Positions 60,563 to 64,000 of a stretch of DNA of 64,000 nt are shown in pieces. A model generated the notes under the pieces. It did not search any database. It was not told the origin of the DNA and saw only the letters and a program-made list of their open reading frames with translations. Numbering within the stretch: the first letter of the stretch is position 1; each line of letters starts with the position of its first letter. The position numbers and the translations under genes are program-made. This DNA comes from Octopus sinensis (Eukaryota), in NCBI RefSeq assembly GCF_006345805.1, contig NC_043015.1:6324001-6388000 (forward strand), read 5' to 3'.

Positions 60563-60563
<1 letters not shown>
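60408..60563. repeat. Short tandem duplication (about 60-bp core, period 98) between (TA)n(CA)n tracts
   Basis: catttgtgtacatgc(c)tttgtacagatgtgcttatatataaaca...gacatagacagaa occurs at 60408 and 60506. Confidence 0.93.
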
Positions 60564-60631
<68 letters not shown>

Positions 60632-60717
60632 TAGATAGATAGATAGATATACATATATATACGGAGAGAGAGAGAGAGTAAAAGAACGAGTCAAAGACGG
60701 GTTGAGAGAGAGAAGGA

Positions 60718-60820
<103 letters not shown>

Positions 60821-61327
60821 TACAGCGGTGTAGACAGCCAAAGAGAAAAATATGGAAAGACTAAGAGATAAGAAATAGAGATAGTGAATAAGAGAGTTAG
60901 GCATAAAGACAACGAGTGACATATGTAAGAAGACCATGAGAGAATGAAAGAGAGAGACACTGACAAAGGTTGTTGTAGAATGTGAGAATAACAAAGAAGG
61001 AAAAACAGAGTGAAATAGAGGGAGACAGAGGACGATAAATGTAGAGAGAGGAACAAAGACAGGCAAACATATAGCGATGCTCACTGTAAGGAAAAATGAG
61101 TGACAGAGACAAAAAGAAACAAAGGAAGAATGAGGGAGGTAGCGAAAGACGGAGAATTGCTGTCAGAGCGATGGAAAGAAGAAATCGGTTAATTTGAATC
61201 AGGAATAACTGTTATAGAATGTTCGCAAAACACTTTGCATCGGAAAGAATGAGTAATGTTTAAAATCATTGTTGATATAAATGCAATAACATGGCATTCT
61301 GACTGAATGAATTTTAAATACAGTTAT

Positions 61328-61459
61328 AAGGTCATTGCTACAGATTCTCCTATTTAATGCTCATTCTCGGTGGATGATATATTATTAAAAACAACTGCAA
61401 GGTCAATGCTACAGGTCTTCAGTTTAATACTCAATCTCAGCGGATGATATAGTATTAAA
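61328..61459. repeat. Diverged two-copy tandem repeat, period 71
   Basis: aaggtcattgctacag...ggatgatatattattaaa versus aaggtcaatgctacag...ggatgatatagtattaaa. Confidence 0.85.
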
Positions 61460-62352
61460 TATTTTGTATTAGTATTTTCTTTCTTTTTAAATTATTTAAT
61501 AATTAATTATCTCAAGAGATAACATAATAATCTCATAACATTTCATACACGCGATTGCTTCATTTAGCAAGACAAGAACGATGGTGTAGACGTGTACATG
61601 ATTAAATTATTCACACTATAAAATATTGTAATTCATAACAGAGTTGTGTACGAATGTCTTGCTCCAGTAGGAATTAGCTTTTCATGTGTTTTTTTAATAT
61701 ATTTTACTTAGTTTTTTTGCTTTGTTATTGTTAATGTTTTCTGTTCTCTTCTGTTTTCTGGATTATTGCTCCTCTTGTTGTTTCATCCTTCAGCTCAGTT
61801 ATAATTGAGGAGCATTGTGGACTAAAGCGTGATCATACTGTACTTGCCATAAATAGTACTACGCCCTACAACAAGTCCTTTTATTCGTTTAAATTGTTGA
61901 GACTGTAGGATGATATTTAAAGGTGATTTAAGGATATTTCTAGCAAGCTTAGTAATTATCTATAGAGCTCTTAAATCACTGTGATTAGCTGATAATATAT
62001 TTTGTACCTTGTCGGTGTAGGCATGTACAGGAGGAAAACAATCGCAAATTACGTTAGAACAAATACGAATACATAATGTCCATCATTTGGAAATGTTTCT
62101 GGATATTTGCATCATAACCCAATAGGACACTTTATTGATGAATTTGATAAATCCATTTGGAAGGAGGATACATGATTCATATTTCAGGGACCTACATTTG
62201 AGCTTTCACATAAACTGTGAAAGAGAGAGAGAGAGAGAGAGAGTAGCATAGATTATATGTTGCAAAAAAATTATTAACAGTAGACCATTGTAAAACAATA
62301 AGCAAATATACTCCCTTCTATGTTATGTTGTCTACATATTCCTGTTATTCTC

Positions 62353-62381
62353 CTGGTGAAGGAACACTGTCCGAAACGGCA
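62353..62381 (+). ncRNA. Hammerhead-ribozyme-like motif, core mutated (probably inactive)
   Basis: CTGGTGA-A-GGA-acactg-TCC-GAAAC-GGCA: correct order and a 3-bp stem II, but A6>G and no U at the cleavage triplet. Confidence 0.38.
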
Positions 62382-62571
62382 AACTTCCTTTATTTCTTCC
62401 TTACTGCATAATATTATTTTTCTTATGTTATTGTTTTTTTGATATTGGTTATTTTAGTATTGCTTCGGCTATGTATTATTAGAATTATTGTTTACATAAT
62501 TATGACATTCTTCTACTTCTTCTTCTTCTTCTTCTGGTATTGTTATTATTGAGCGAAAAAGCAATGTATGC

Positions 62572-62735
62572 CATCAAAGTGACACTGGAGTAAACTATAC
62601 GAAACCTTACTCGTCATGACTATTTCTCTGATTAAGTTACACCAGGCACATGCATCACAACCATGTTCCCAACATGGTGATATTATATCAATATAAACAG
62701 CGCTTGACCTTGCAGGTCAGGCCCAGTTAGAATTT
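62572..62735 (-). mobile_element. Interspersed repeat fragment, probable retroposon 3' tail
   Basis: GC-richer block flanked by (ATT)n. atgccatcaaagtgacactgg...caccaggcacatgcatcacaacc...gaccttgcagg resembles an octopus repeat recalled from memory, unverified. Confidence 0.38.
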
Positions 62736-62742
62736 TATCCAT

Positions 62743-62780
<38 letters not shown>

Positions 62781-62950
62781 GTTAGGCGTAGGCTTGTTCT
62801 TATATTAGCAGAATCCGTACTCTTATTTGTTACTCTTATTGTTAAAGCTGAAATGATATTATAAGAAGTATACCGAACTATGAGTTGATTTTAATTCTTT
62901 GTATAACTGAACAGACATAGGAACTTAAGATTTAGCGGATACAGTTCTAT

Positions 62951-63158
62951 ATTTGAGAGATGGGGAATTATGTACAGTATTTACATGATTTACATTTGAC
63001 GGATATTTGTCCCCATCTTGTTTGTTGTTCACACAACGTTTCGGCTGATATACCCTCCAGCCTTCATCAGGTGTCTTGTGGAAATTTCGAACCTTAGTTC
63101 TCATCCCTAATGAACCGAGGTTCGAAATTTCCCCAAGCCATGAAGGCTGGAGAGTATA
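62951..63158 (-). mobile_element. Penelope-like terminal repeat (pLTR) fragment with an inverted partial copy
   Basis: Carries a complete hammerhead motif plus a fold-back duplication (63049-63158). Hammerheads and inverted truncated repeats are known features of Penelope-like element termini. Confidence 0.6.
63031..63074 (-). ncRNA. Minimal type-I hammerhead ribozyme motif
   Basis: Minus strand reads acac-CUGAUGA-A-GGCUG-gagggUaUaU-CAGCC-GAAAC-GUU-gugu. Stem I is acac/gugu, stem II is GGCUG/CAGCC, both core boxes are intact, stem III is the palindrome ACGU, and the NUH triplet is GUU. Confidence 0.72.
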
Positions 63159-63189
63159 ATGCAATCGCTGCTACTACTCTTCCTCCTTC

Positions 63190-63384
63190 ATCGACCCTAA
63201 TGGTCAACTGGTATTGATTTTATCCTTTTCTGAGAATGAAAAAAAAAAAAAATGAAAACTTTGTCCACAGCGATATTTCAGCTAAGAACGTAAAGATCTG
63301 GGAGGAGCGTTGCTAAGCATTTGCGTCTAATGACATCCAAGCGGCGTTTCTGCCATCCTCGCTGCCTTCTAGTATTAATTATAA
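63190..63384 (-). mobile_element. SINE (13734 family) next to (AAT)n
   Basis: Minus strand contains aaggcagcgaggatggcagaaacg, aaatgcttagc, ctttacgttctta, gataaaatcaataccagttga and gggtcgat. Confidence 0.72.
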
Positions 63385-63386
63385 AA

Positions 63387-63387
<1 letters not shown>

Positions 63388-63460
<73 letters not shown>
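63388..63460. repeat. (AAT)n tract
   Basis: Directly visible. Confidence 0.97.
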
Positions 63461-63461
<1 letters not shown>

Positions 63462-64000
63462 CCAACAAAAACAATTGGGTATAGAAGCTGATGGTCAGAA
63501 ATTTGACGGGAAGGTTTTGTTAGAACTGAAAGCGGAGGTGGCGTCAGTGGTGGGTGCTTTACAATTTAGGCTTACGGCTATATTAAATATAAAGCAAATA
63601 CGATGAAAAAGGAAGATGTATGTAAACCTAGCAACTAAATAAGGAAAAAAAAACACTAAAATAATTGATCGAGATCCGGCAACATTGTTCTTTTGTGAAC
63701 AAAATCTCATTACTTTTATTCATTGCAAAATCTTCTGGTAAAATGATGCGAGTGGAATTTTATTTCCTTTGTGTTTTTGTTAGTTAGTTCGTTTGTTTGT
63801 TTGTTTTTTTTCCTCCAGATATAATTTACATTAATCACGGTTAAATAACCAATCGTATTTCTCCGTAAACTAATCTTTAAACTAAATATGTCTTGGATAT
63901 TATCCTATATAATTTAGTTAACATCCTTAATGTTTTTATTTTTAGATGGTCGTTGTATTTTTGTATGTTTTTTTTCTAATGTCTATCCTGCCTTTCTGTC

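Overview
This is very AT-rich, microsatellite-saturated eukaryotic DNA. The repeat families resemble those I recall from octopus (coleoid cephalopod) genomes, which is an inference and not a database match. I cannot support any intact host protein-coding gene. Almost all ORFs in the track are translations of (TA)n, (TG)n, (TATC)n or trinucleotide tracts. The window looks intergenic or intronic. Recognisable content: a decayed Tc1 DNA transposon with degenerate TIRs (1463-2663); a Penelope-like GIY-YIG remnant (6730-7349, minus); the 3' end of an R4/Dong-type retrotransposon inside an (ATT)n tract (18275-18618, minus); a non-autonomous Helentron/DINE-1-like element (51465-51862); and about a dozen tRNA-derived SINE copies. 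Several tandem duplications are bounded by microsatellites, and the larger ones may be assembly artefacts. The most interesting signal is RNA-structural. A complete minimal type-I hammerhead ribozyme motif lies at 63031-63074 (minus), inside a fold-back Penelope-like terminal repeat. Several decayed hammerhead-like motifs with different palindromic stem-III sequences occur elsewhere in the window.
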